DNA of 63,861 nt, counting the filler, from Barthelona sp. PAP020 (lineage: Eukaryota): assembly GCA_040182905.1 (NCBI GenBank). It is 3 parts of 3 records of this genome, joined end to end, with 100 filler letters (N's around TTAATTAATTAA, not from the genome) between each part and the next. Parts side by side here need not be neighbours in the genome. Positions count along the whole stretch, not along the records: positions 22,831 to 45,471 come from JARQWU010000174.1; 2 more parts are not named here. The stretch is one strand, 5' to 3'. The stretch's first letter is position 1. Each line of letters starts with the position of its first letter. The notes beneath the pieces were generated by a model, which did not search any database, was not told the origin of the DNA, and worked only from the letters and a program-made list of their open reading frames with translations. Below, one piece after another: positions 33,501 through 41,939 of the stretch. The translations under genes were made by a program, and so were the position numbers.

Positions 33501-33958
33501 TTAGGAAAAAATAAATTATATGTTACAATAAACCCACTACACATAAAAGAAAAAGACAATAATTGTAAAAAATTCATAAAATGATCAAATCCACTCAATT
33601 TTCCCTCCTTAACATAATTTCTTACTGGTATCAATAAAAGAAACGAGATTATAATTAAACTTATCCCAGGAAAAATATCAAACTTCAAGGATTTCGTTAA
33701 TTCTAAAATATATGATCGTATAGATAAACATATTGGATTAATAATCATGCATAAAAAAGAAAGAAAATACGCTATCACTTTTTTCACATTATTTTTATCA
33801 GCTTTTAACATATTTGGTATCAATTTAAACATACCAAAACATTTAACATAAAAATAAAAAAATATAATGCTGACACAAAACTGTATTGTACAATGTACAG
33901 TATAAAATGTTATTACATCGACTCTAGAGTTATAAAATTCATATTCATATACTCCCAT
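27521..33958 (-). CDS. DEK1-like multi-transmembrane calpain-fold protein, apparently catalytically inactive
   Basis: Roughly 20 hydrophobic segments, acidic linker, then CysPc-like (ILDGYAP, ALRMLFGARG, GLPSNTYF, FNGEFAKNSPSW, YWVTFQEF) and C2L-like (ITGYW, APQY, IHIELTQ, YSIVP, FTLAIY) regions. Confidence 0.8.
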   Translation of the reverse strand: MGVYEYEFYNSRVDVITFYTVHCTIQFCVSIIFFYFYVKCFGMFKLIPNMLKADKNNVKKVIAYFLSFLCMIINPICLSIRSYILELTKSLKFDIFPGISLIIISFLLLIPVRNYVKEGKLSGFDHFMNFLQLLSFSFMCSGFIVTYNLFFPKLAIIVVGFLPFITSLPIFFVHVNYLPILSIRKLIRSAQFDDVSPVTIRRLEETLIFCLFCLSMGFMPGIISYLFNLDYAPFFFVSFRIFAPIFISIIFFPLLGDLRRASIMALYTEILFVAHLIVCELDFLNGYRFSFFFVLCFFIIQIIGSLGVKNSKQQFFYENEQEQQFYLSSTEYRDFNALINVNYFFNSKIFLLFFYFCSFVINEYLLQKDPAFNQDISDFDFKFIFIGISLLGIIPVIYALFSWILKFNEGEHNVTRYKVLKLLQKCDIDDELTVEEMINYLKTDDENSAENKDVICIFNKKTPTFIIRYMIKAIFSMIVSIGVIYLVFYAFEKSLRAISWPDMVLTVLLAIPASLSMLLQLKMMDILDYQFFRSEEPILQPLYTFPRILLNLLMIFNFGIQFYVLYYCSFDSPSIADMVVVYGSSCVFFLMVIIQSFNGNKGNNYFSLVNSVFMLVIQEIARWETYQCDLEETLFDEHVTGFGIACILFPLVHYLLNVYCFFYDKNINNVAFIILLLMMLHFVVVLPIEYMIFFKGFFAKYFSGFFPVWIALTALIPLWLYISSKAIEKKNFLKYAFIASAFIFCLVFSYYQFHQISVSSSYIFALIMIFFAVCTLNQYSISRYKITTFFGSSKHSAKVYLNEHLFPSLVFDKRLKTFVRNKKHELILLASWFVFIFLSFSLIFVTLNSNFVFLILGSIICLEIIYCGFKTSVLEAFLRYYFCFSPDLISQVVDTMNGVDLNGICRIVDQMSKNSSVKRKKNFFKDETADSSSLQSIIEEFNEWAVIKNSLKFIELEHMLITRHLNGEDICLFNNFDVLDNDEITYIIETPHYDRLVTEIRSKRDAENLYNKNLLEGQMYNISIQLIAFHVKEKQLLGKFFVNLIETSLVELEQRNYFINQYIEECRQDFDLNKVLKMSVEEQEMIREEYRMFLGLRQRINVANTNGAVKINLRLIEQVTDSKAPNSTLSLSDHNIGVKVKYSPSHKNSVNVGNRNTNVEVDGELSHNCDSSEIEFPGSCVKETNYTYNDKNEVSDLETEVVMNYQTDDSPGIFPLAGVGRRGSQGPGVLNLGIGAFNESIVYPNSSVSDMDTVVSVGSLNNTDDYSSLHSKILYSNSNRERDTSVESKYSSTGGVLNEEEKGSSSVDFNQNNVTDNSDQIDIGNSLLDGTMIQSRIMEESFKQLHDLMVTEEKEEEMEGDFLISPVIKTIDANFSEDEVIDESVDDESKNDEEDEDDEEDDNNIVEVNRSNLFVEENYFPVNSADNTYIIVENESKNDQDTAFKKSNISLSASSSSNSKSVKSTTPLEITSERRNRLKIKQDSDLEDNDDDIDTNKTYTNTNTDASPNTKTNSRKKTRRKKKELSKLLKSKKSLIVNIQQELKLNKKILAKLRTKKFSNFIDELVIIFNKYQDIKILLKNCKETYDLLDVTEISSIFDIISVLCTDCIESLNTLKKTMMYDSAFQSRDNHFIARNMEFIELLLLNEKQKKTDKDSDKDNDHYLKHFCNQTAILNEAYFKRMKKCTNIRLIHYSDIFDLPTIKLTNIEKIHSSLFFPLIKPILLAIKILNRYELLDSLVERCCIKQGMFLFAYYNQEHVDYLILDGYAPFYYNNELNKYFCLYDEVDKDCILPWLMDQMIYSVFRSLDTIMDQFSIPLALRMLFGARGDVMICKNVLETRTKCAHAFIQLSWTSKKDGFFCLCQTENVSEDDVVSKRIDLDDHFNEKDCTDSHLTRHGLPSNTYFLVRKTVETVNNSRRLKLLNIIPLIESFECTKFNGEFAKNSPSWNHSLHQQVFASVKNEKIMGYWVTFQEFLEDFQWYLPSITLSSMFKYTITGYWHEETAQYLSTENFEKQHLAPQYLILCEHVNKQILEIHIELTQPASSNFEKENSPKFPAALCVWRHSHVPVDGPFQAENIIEPGISNDGSNIYLNLSIDLTDGFVYSIVPLLLEEAGFNPKKRGEFTLAIYCASQEVQVCRTNQRI

Positions 33959-34222
33959 CACATGAAATAATCAAGTTGGATGAACAAAGTACTGATATTT
34001 CAAAGAAAAGAAATCTTTTTCACTTTATTCTTTCGCAATTCTGGACAAGATTTTTTTTTGCAGTCAATCATTTTTTATTCTAACCAACTTATTTTATTCC
34101 TATTAATTCTTTTGAAGCATCTTTCAAAAACAAAAAAAAAATCTATTTGATTTGATTGAAAATTCATCAGAAGCTGATTAAAAAAGAAAAGAAATATATT
34201 TTGTGTTTATTCAAAGAAAAAA

Positions 34223-35209
34223 TTAAAAAGAACTGTCAAAAATATCAATACTACCATTTAACGTCCCTATAGCTATTCTATCATTGCATAGATCCATTGA
34301 AATAATTTGATCATTCACATGATATACACCATCAACCGAACTACCATCAAGATCATTGTCTAATTCCTTTCTATTTACTTTACGGTCTAAAGAAGCAGAA
34401 AAAATATTTATCACATTCGCAATTTTTGTGGTTTTTACTGATGTTACTGCAAATTCGTGTGCCTTTGATACCATTATAGGCTTAATGAAATTCCTACTGT
34501 CCCATACAAGCACATCACAACCATTACCATCAAAACCATTGTGTCCGGTAATTAAATATGTTGAATCAATAGCATCTATACATTTGGGATATTGAGTAAC
34601 ATATTCATCAGAAGTGATGACAGTTGAAACCTCTCCGTAGTTTTTATCCCACAATCTAATTGATAAATCCTCACTAGTCTGAGCTATTTCATTTGAATTA
34701 AGCCAACAAACACCAGTTACCAGGTTTCTAGCAATTGGCATCTCCCATATCAATTCATTGCTTGTGTAATCCCATAATTTCATATAAGTGTCTCTGGAAC
34801 CAGATGCTAATGTTTGATCTTCCTCATTGCATGCCAATCCAGTAACAACTAAATTGTGCTTACCTATGGTGGATATTAGATTCAAAGATTCATGATCAAT
34901 GATCCGTATCTCTTTGTCTCTGCCTGCAGTAAATATATAATTATTTATAATATTATCTTTTGAAATTCTGGTTAAAGGTCTTTCAGAGAGGTGGTTTTCT
35001 CCAATCAAATTTCCTTGCAAATCGAATTTGCATATTTTTCCATCATCACCAACACTAAATAAATACTCTGTTTGTTTGGTAACTGGATTATTGAAGAACA
35101 TCACATCGTTCACCATTCCTTCATGATTGTTAATTGATTTCTCTTCAGGAATTGTACCAACTGTTTCTTGTAATTCAACTGTATATGGTTTACTACAAAA
35201 AACTCCCAT
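34223..35209 (-). CDS. WDR31: WD repeat protein 31-like
   Basis: MGVFCS acylation-type N-terminus; SGSRD..LWD, RNLVTGVCW, QTSEDLSIRLWD, NGFDGNGC..VWDSR. Confidence 0.75.
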   Translation of the reverse strand: MGVFCSKPYTVELQETVGTIPEEKSINNHEGMVNDVMFFNNPVTKQTEYLFSVGDDGKICKFDLQGNLIGENHLSERPLTRISKDNIINNYIFTAGRDKEIRIIDHESLNLISTIGKHNLVVTGLACNEEDQTLASGSRDTYMKLWDYTSNELIWEMPIARNLVTGVCWLNSNEIAQTSEDLSIRLWDKNYGEVSTVITSDEYVTQYPKCIDAIDSTYLITGHNGFDGNGCDVLVWDSRNFIKPIMVSKAHEFAVTSVKTTKIANVINIFSASLDRKVNRKELDNDLDGSSVDGVYHVNDQIISMDLCNDRIAIGTLNGSIDIFDSSF

Positions 35210-35254
35210 CGAATGAACAATCAACACAAAATGAAAAGAAAAAATATTGAAAGA

Positions 35255-36958
35255 CTATTTATCATTTTTCAAAGTTCTTACAAACACAATAATAACAGCT
35301 AATAAAGCTAAAGCAATTAAACATCTGATCAAAGTGTCAAAAGCTAAAGTTTCTTTTATTCTTAATCCAAAAGTACCTCTATTTGAGAAGATATGTACAA
35401 CTTTATCAGTAACAACAGGTCTATGTAAAGGAGTTTGACCAAATAGTAATCTTCCTTCAAATTTACCCTTAGGTGTGACCAGCGCAACACCATCTTGAGA
35501 AGTAATAAGGTAATGACCATTGAGGTCATCAAAACTAGGTAAAGCAGCTTCTTCAGATATAAAAGCAGGTTCATAAGAAAGACCAACAAAACATTCCCAA
35601 ACAATCTCCCCATCAAAATTCAATTTGATTAACATCCCATCACTTCTGAGGGTCAAAAATCCATCTTTGAGTTTATGAGGCACAGTTACATACAAATCTT
35701 GGTCTTCTTCAACAACAGCAGTACCACAGACAGAACTACTCCACCCATGACGTTTTCCATCGGTTGTTGAAAAAAGTTGACACATATAGAGCCCAGTTGC
35801 TTCAAAATCATCAAAAGTGACGTCAACATTGTGAATTACTCCATATTCAGTGGCGTAATGTAAACTGTGGACAGGTAAGCCTTTGTGAAACACTGGTCGT
35901 CCACTATATAGATGAACAACTTGAAGGCCACTCTTTGAATGGGCAACAACGACGTTTGGGTTAACCAAATCCATCTTGAAATTGTCATTGTCCCGAACAG
36001 AACCACCAATTTCTCTGGCAAACCAGTTGACATCTTTTTGATGCTTTAAAATATCAGTATCTGTGCGGATTCTGGCAAGAGCAAGATAAGTATCGTCTGA
36101 AGTCATCCAACGGTGTGGCATTAAGGAGGCCAATGACAAAGAAAAATCTGCAGGTGTTCTTTCAGCAGAATGGTGATGATGACGTGCTCCTCGCACATAT
36201 ACAGGTGAAAATCCCTCTTGGTCCTCTCTAAAATCTTCTCGCAAATGATACCATCTCAAACTACCATCATTTCCAGAAAAAGAAAACCAATTAAAATGGT
36301 CAGATGGAATAGCTTTCATTCCAGAGGAAACATTTTGAATTTCTTCAAAAGCAAAGCCAACAACAACTGTGCCCATATCATTCGTATGAATATTGGTTTT
36401 TGTTACTAAAATTGATGCTTCAGTAATTCTAAATATATCAGGCAATTTATCTTTTAACGATTGTTGCCATAGTAACTTTAAATCTAAAGAATAACATAAA
36501 ACAGTTGCATCATTCAACAAAACTACCAAAACTGGTTGTTCTTTTTTTATATCATCATAATTAGTTTCAAATTTACCAAAAATTGCTTTTAAAGGATAAA
36601 TATTCCATGATCCATGTTTGAAACCAGATAAATCAACAGAGGCAACCACATCATATTCTTTTTCCCAATGCATTTGAAACTCAGTCATAGGAATTTTATA
36701 TTTTAAAATTTTAGGAGATGGTGAAAACACAAAAAGTGAATAACTCTTCTTATCTTCATTTTCAATCGGTATTGGAACAGCCAATCTATTATTTTGAACT
36801 GGAAAAACAGGTGATAATTCGTTAGATACAGCAGCATCTAATGAATATGTTGTTTCAAAAAAAACTGAATTGATCCGACCTAAAGATATGGATACAACGG
36901 TTAAGTACAATCCAATTACTCCACATATCACTAATATTATGTTCTTTTCTTTGTTCAT
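35255..36958 (-). CDS. FG-GAP/beta-propeller membrane protein resembling plant NERD1 (At3g51050) family
   Basis: HFNWFSFSGNDGSLRW, LMPHRW..DT.L.LA, PNVVVAHSKSGLQVVHLYSGR; N- and C-terminal hydrophobic helices. Confidence 0.65.
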   Translation of the reverse strand: MNKEKNIILVICGVIGLYLTVVSISLGRINSVFFETTYSLDAAVSNELSPVFPVQNNRLAVPIPIENEDKKSYSLFVFSPSPKILKYKIPMTEFQMHWEKEYDVVASVDLSGFKHGSWNIYPLKAIFGKFETNYDDIKKEQPVLVVLLNDATVLCYSLDLKLLWQQSLKDKLPDIFRITEASILVTKTNIHTNDMGTVVVGFAFEEIQNVSSGMKAIPSDHFNWFSFSGNDGSLRWYHLREDFREDQEGFSPVYVRGARHHHHSAERTPADFSLSLASLMPHRWMTSDDTYLALARIRTDTDILKHQKDVNWFAREIGGSVRDNDNFKMDLVNPNVVVAHSKSGLQVVHLYSGRPVFHKGLPVHSLHYATEYGVIHNVDVTFDDFEATGLYMCQLFSTTDGKRHGWSSSVCGTAVVEEDQDLYVTVPHKLKDGFLTLRSDGMLIKLNFDGEIVWECFVGLSYEPAFISEEAALPSFDDLNGHYLITSQDGVALVTPKGKFEGRLLFGQTPLHRPVVTDKVVHIFSNRGTFGLRIKETLAFDTLIRCLIALALLAVIIVFVRTLKNDK

Positions 36959-37025
36959 GGTTGATATTGAGTTAAAATTAATAAAGTCGAAGTTTTTTTA
37001 ATTTTTATTTTTATCATGAGAAATA

Positions 37026-37607
37026 ATGAAAAAATTTGTGGGTGTTAAACATGATTTATCAAGAATACCTCATCAACCTGTTTCGATGGGAGGGTTTCAA
37101 ATATATATGACAAATAATATTATTGCTCAGATAGATCCTTATCCAGGTAGGGTAAGGGATTTAGATGATTCTATTAATTTTAAATCTTTTTGTACTTTGA
37201 CTTTTATGGATTCTGTCTATCGTTTTCCAATTTTGGCTCTTCTTGCCAACAGCATGAATTTGAAAGATTTTTTAAATCGTTTACTTTTTGCTAATTTTGA
37301 CATTGCGTATGGTTATTCTACCCATTTAGATCGTACTGGGCGTTCATTTAGAATTCATAATAGTCAAAATGAGCTAGTTGGATTTTTGATTTCCTCTCCT
37401 GGCTTTTTGTCCATAACAAGAAATTTGGAATCTTTTTCTGATTTGTTTTCAATGAAGGCATGTCTGTCCATATATGCAAAACCAACTTCTGAGAGCTTTT
37501 ATCAATTGCAAAATATTTTCATTCGTTGGATAAATGGGAATGATTCATTTGATAATTTACTGTATCAATTGAAGTTGGAATTCTTTTTGCAATCATTAAT
37601 TGGATAG
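37026..37607 (+). CDS. Hypothetical protein
   Basis: 193-aa ATG-initiated ORF filling the intergenic space. Confidence 0.7.
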   Translation: MKKFVGVKHDLSRIPHQPVSMGGFQIYMTNNIIAQIDPYPGRVRDLDDSINFKSFCTLTFMDSVYRFPILALLANSMNLKDFLNRLLFANFDIAYGYSTHLDRTGRSFRIHNSQNELVGFLISSPGFLSITRNLESFSDLFSMKACLSIYAKPTSESFYQLQNIFIRWINGNDSFDNLLYQLKLEFFLQSLIG

Positions 37608-37626
37608 GTTGTGACAGATTTTTTTT

Positions 37627-37725
37627 TAATGTGTCCCTTCACATATTTGAGTTTAAAAATGTTCTTAAGAGGACGTGTAAATATCTTTTCAATCACAGAG
37701 GAATTTTTGTGGTCTTGAAAAATTG
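37627..37725 (-). ncRNA. Candidate H/ACA-type two-hairpin small RNA
   Basis: Minus strand has hairpin TTTTCAA..CACA/TGTG..TTGAAAA, then hairpin GTCCTCTT..AAGGGAC followed directly by ACA; H box is not clean. Confidence 0.25.
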
Positions 37726-37883
37726 GATGTAAAATTTTTTTTTTTTTTTTCAAAGTCAGTTATTTTTTCACGGCATTCACTTTGAAGAGCGTTCAACCAT
37801 TTTAAACTTTTAAAAATTTGTTTAATAATTTTATATAATAATAAAAACCAAGAGATTTTATCCTAAACCCGTCACTTTTAAAA

Positions 37884-38840
37884 TTAGAATTCAGAAGCAA
37901 AGGTGAAAACACGAATCTTATCGTCAGTATATCCGGCAAACAAAGTAGTTCCATCAGCAGACCAACAGACAGAGATACAACGGGGTTGCTTGTCAACATC
38001 AGCACAAGTAACACAAATGTTGGTATCCAAAGTTTCAGGATAATCAAGATTCCAGATACGGATTCCTTCATCAGTAGCAGCAGCTAATATGTGATATTGA
38101 GCAGAGAAAGACAAATCAGAGACTTCAGATTCAGTGTTCAAACTAGAAATGAAATTCAAGGTTTCGAATTCCCAAACAAGAACCTTTTTATCACGACCAG
38201 CAGTCATAACAATGGAATCATCAGCAGAAACGCAGACGGCGTTGACAGTATCACTGTGTCCCTTGAGGGTAGCAAGCTTAACATGGTTTCCTTCTTCATC
38301 AATCTTCCAAACATTGACCATATTGTCCCAACCACCAGTGACATAGCGGAGGTTGTTTGTTTGCTTGGAGAAAGCAATGCAAGAAACCCAATGTTGATGA
38401 GCATTTTCAGTCTTTTCAATAACTTCACCTTCAAGATTCCAAGTGACGATGGAACGATCACGACCAACAGAAACAATACCACGAACTTGAGGAGTGAAAG
38501 CACAAGCCATAACATCATTTTGATGAGCACCAGCGAAACGAATTGCTCTTTCACCAGTTTCAATTTTGTAAAGATTTAAGGTCTTATCCCAAGAAGCAGA
38601 AAGAACGTAGTCACCATCATTGGAAAGAACACAATCTTGAACAGCACCGTTGTGACCAGTAAGAAGTTTCTTAGGGGCAGCAAATTGGTTTTCGTCCTTA
38701 AGGATGTCCCAAACCATAACGGTTTTGTCCCTGGAAGCAGAAACAAAGATATCGGGTTTGGCTTCAGAAGTGGCAATAGAAGTAACCCAACCACTGTGAC
38801 CATCTAAAGTTGCAATTTGTGAAAATTTCGTAAAACTCAT
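37884..38840 (-). CDS. RACK1: Receptor for activated C kinase 1 (40S WD40 protein)
   Basis: TLDGHSGWVTSIAT, VSASRDKT, LSASWDKTL, WSADGTTLFAGYTDDKIRV. Confidence 0.95.
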   Translation of the reverse strand: MSFTKFSQIATLDGHSGWVTSIATSEAKPDIFVSASRDKTVMVWDILKDENQFAAPKKLLTGHNGAVQDCVLSNDGDYVLSASWDKTLNLYKIETGERAIRFAGAHQNDVMACAFTPQVRGIVSVGRDRSIVTWNLEGEVIEKTENAHQHWVSCIAFSKQTNNLRYVTGGWDNMVNVWKIDEEGNHVKLATLKGHSDTVNAVCVSADDSIVMTAGRDKKVLVWEFETLNFISSLNTESEVSDLSFSAQYHILAAATDEGIRIWNLDYPETLDTNICVTCADVDKQPRCISVCWSADGTTLFAGYTDDKIRVFTFASEF

Positions 38841-38963
38841 GTGGATAAATACTCAGGATAAATTGAGAAAAGGTTTTGGAAAAGGGTTTGTAAAATTTCC
38901 AAATTTTTTTTCCAAAAAAATTTTCTTTTTTAGTCAGATTTTCCGTAATTCGATCTTTGCAGA

Positions 38964-39369
38964 ATGGTTCAATCAAAGTAATTCAATAAGTGATATTTAT
39001 TCTAACTGTATAGGCTTCATGTTGATGGTGTTTTAGTCGGTTTCAGACGGTATGTTTTTTCGTGGTTTGTTTTTCCATTGTTTCTTTATTATTTTATGCT
39101 AATTATTTAGTAATCGTCACAGTTCAAATAATGCTGTTTCTCTTGTTAAAATTGACGGAGTTGCTTCTATCGAAGAAGCTAACTGGTATCTTGGAAAGCG
39201 TGTTGCTTTTGTTTACAAGACTCAACATGGTCGTCGTGCTATGTGGGGCCGTATTACTCGTCCTCATGGAAACTCCGGTGCTGTTCGCGTTAATTTTGCA
39301 CACAATTTACCTCCTATGGCTCTTGGTGCTAAATGCCGTGTCATGCTCTATCCTTATAGATCTCAATAA
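38964..39369 (+). CDS. RPL35A: 60S ribosomal protein L35a (eL33); exons 38964-38977, 39014-39049, 39111-39369
   Basis: Spliced product MVQSKLHVDGVLVGFRRNRH...WYLGKRVAFVYK...WGRITRPHGNSGAVR..F..NLPP.ALG..RVMLYP (102 aa); two GT-AG introns with CTAAY branch points. Confidence 0.95.
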
Positions 39370-39448
39370 GTGAAATTTACTCTGCATATTCGATAAATCG
39401 GCTTTGTCAAATTTTTTTTTTGTTAATTTTTTTTGTGATGAATGATTT

Positions 39449-40915
39449 ATGAGGAAATTTTTCATAATATTGTTAGGTTTTTTCATTTGTGATGTGATAT
39501 GTTCAGTGCATGAAGGATATTATTCTTTTTTTCAGTTCAATGTCACTGAAAAAGAACAAAACAGTTATTTTGCATCCAATGATTATCCAATTGGTATGTT
39601 AGTTGGATATATTTATAAAGATTCTTTTGGGAGGATTGATAAGATACCACATTCACATTTGGGCACTTCAACAAAAACTGGTTTGGGTATTTTTTTTTCT
39701 TATTTTGATCATCATATAGAGACGTTTCCGTCGAATAGCAACAGTTTTATAAAGGTGTTAAACAGATTTCAAGATAAAAAAACGATCGGAATTGATGATT
39801 TAAGTGAATTGTTCAATGATGACAGTATACAATTTGGACGACATTTTGACAATTTGCAATCAATGCGATTTGTGGGTAAAGATCATACTTTTTATCTACC
39901 AATTTATTTAGATTACATATTTCATGGTTGTTTAAAGAGTAGTTCTGAAATTTGGTTGATTGAAGGTGTTAATACCTTTCGAACTAATTATTTGAAACGA
40001 AAAATTGTATTTTCCACTTTGAGAAATGCATTTGAAACAGCTATTCCTGTTGACTTTACTATTGGGATGAACCCTTCGAATTTCACGATAACTCTTCAGC
40101 AGAATGTATTTTTGTTGGACTACAGTGGGGTTATTGATGTTTTAGATTTACTCATTGATATCAAGGAAAATACATGCAGTTACGGGAAGATTATGGATCT
40201 CATGGCTTTCGCTCGAAAACAAATGAAAAGTCCTATTCAAGTTCAAACTGTTATTTCTATGTATCGACAAAGTAAGATGAAGAATCCTTTTTGCAATGTT
40301 CAAAGTACATTTACTGCCGGTAGAACTGCAAATATCACCAGAAGAATAATTTGGAACAAGCCAAGAATTAGTAATTTTGGTTTTGAAGGAAAGGCTGTGA
40401 TGGCAGATGCTATCAGCACATTTCCAGCATTCACTTCTGATATTTTGTCAAATGATCCTCTTCAGGTTGACAATTACTATTTTAAAAATGTGGGTAACTA
40501 TTTATTTGGTCGAGTGTTTTACGATTCCCAGCCATTGCTAAGTGATGGGTTGATAAAGCTAAAACCCAGAGTTTCCACAATAAGTTCATTGAGCAGTTAT
40601 CCTTTTCATTTTGGTGGGAGCTTTCATTCACTGATGAGTAACTTTGAAATTGAAACGAATAACGTTACTCAACAATTGGCTTTGAATGCTTCTTTCTATT
40701 CAAACAATCATATTCTTTTTGAAAAGGAGATCGATTTAGGTTTGTTTGATACTGCAAGAAATTTCACATTTTTATCTATGTTTACTCTTGATGATCCATA
40801 TTTGGATTTGTTTACAACAACACAATTATTACAATTTATTGCAGTGTCTATTATTTTTTGTTCCATAATTATATTTATATTTGGTGCAGTGAGAATGTTT
40901 TTTAAGAAAAAATAG
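39449..40915 (+). CDS. Hypothetical type I membrane protein
   Basis: 488 aa; signal peptide, C-terminal TM and KKK tail. Confidence 0.8.
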   Translation: MRKFFIILLGFFICDVICSVHEGYYSFFQFNVTEKEQNSYFASNDYPIGMLVGYIYKDSFGRIDKIPHSHLGTSTKTGLGIFFSYFDHHIETFPSNSNSFIKVLNRFQDKKTIGIDDLSELFNDDSIQFGRHFDNLQSMRFVGKDHTFYLPIYLDYIFHGCLKSSSEIWLIEGVNTFRTNYLKRKIVFSTLRNAFETAIPVDFTIGMNPSNFTITLQQNVFLLDYSGVIDVLDLLIDIKENTCSYGKIMDLMAFARKQMKSPIQVQTVISMYRQSKMKNPFCNVQSTFTAGRTANITRRIIWNKPRISNFGFEGKAVMADAISTFPAFTSDILSNDPLQVDNYYFKNVGNYLFGRVFYDSQPLLSDGLIKLKPRVSTISSLSSYPFHFGGSFHSLMSNFEIETNNVTQQLALNASFYSNNHILFEKEIDLGLFDTARNFTFLSMFTLDDPYLDLFTTTQLLQFIAVSIIFCSIIIFIFGAVRMFFKKK

Positions 40916-41085
40916 ACTATATCTGGTAAATCATGTTTTTGTAAATAATAATGATATTTTTCCTTTTATTTCATATAATATAAACATTTTTGAATGTTTC
41001 AACCAATAATTACACCATTGAATTTAAATTTGCTCCTTTTTTTTCTTGTTAATTTCAATTTTTTATTTTTATTTCTTTTTTATTC

Positions 41086-41781
41086 ATGGATAATGGCATA
41101 TTTGTCTTTATTTTGATATTGTTATGTATTTTTGAAGTAACATTGTCTCAAAATTCAATTGATGTTTATGTTAATTGTATATCTTCCAGTTTTCCAATTG
41201 ATTGTATTCGCGAGAAATTTAATGAAGAAGACTATAATGATTTATTGCAAATTTGTGAGAATTCTACTGCTCAGGATGCATGTATTTTTTATTATTTACA
41301 AAATTTATTCATAATTGAAATGGATACAGATTTATCAACACGATTTAAGGGAAATATGAAGAAAAAATTGAGTTCTCTTGAAAAGAGCTTTGTTCAAAAG
41401 AGTGTTGGTTTTGGCATTGCCACAACAAATACTTTCAAGCGTATTCCTGAAAAAATTGGAAAAGGTGTTGAAACCTCACTAAATGCAACTGTTCGGAAAG
41501 TTGATGGCAAAAAGGTGATGTCAGGTTTAGCAAAGGGATTTGAAACCTCATTGAATGCAACTGTTCGGAAAGTTGATGGCAAAAAGGTGATGTCAGGTTT
41601 GGCTAAGGGTGTTGAAACCTCATTGAATGCAACTGTTCGGAAAGTTGATGGCAAAAAGGTGATGTCAGGTTTGGCTAAGGGTGTTGAAACCTCATTAAAT
41701 GCAACTGTTCGGAAAGTTGATGTGAAAGGTATTGTGGGATGGTTTCGAAGTCGAAAATCTAATGATACTTCACCAAGTTAG
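41086..41781 (+). CDS. Secreted-type protein with Cys-containing N-domain and 24-aa repeats
   Basis: Signal peptide, four Cys in the N-terminal domain, tandem repeats. Confidence 0.75.
   Translation: MDNGIFVFILILLCIFEVTLSQNSIDVYVNCISSSFPIDCIREKFNEEDYNDLLQICENSTAQDACIFYYLQNLFIIEMDTDLSTRFKGNMKKKLSSLEKSFVQKSVGFGIATTNTFKRIPEKIGKGVETSLNATVRKVDGKKVMSGLAKGFETSLNATVRKVDGKKVMSGLAKGVETSLNATVRKVDGKKVMSGLAKGVETSLNATVRKVDVKGIVGWFRSRKSNDTSPS
41461..41721 (+). repeat. Coding tandem repeat, 72-bp unit x ~3.6 (KGVETSLNATVRKVDGKKVMSGLA)
   Basis: Units at 41461, 41533, 41605, 41677; near identical. Confidence 0.92.
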
Positions 41782-41939
41782 CTTATTGGTGAAAACTCAT
41801 TCTTTACTATTTTTCTTCTTTGTTGAATTCAATCGTAAGAACTAATTGTGTACATGAGCACATTATTTCTTTTGACTAGATGGCAATTACATCACAAAAA
41901 AAAAAAAAAAGAAATTGTTTTCTTGGTCTCATAAAATCT

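Noticed and set aside
39062..39373. 103-aa ORF from the track
   Set aside because: Wrong frame over RPL35A intron 2 and exon 3
41461..41721. CRISPR-like arrays in the tandem repeats (also 21681, 59252, 52870)
   Set aside because: Units are multiples of 3, lack unique spacers and lie in frame within eukaryotic CDSs
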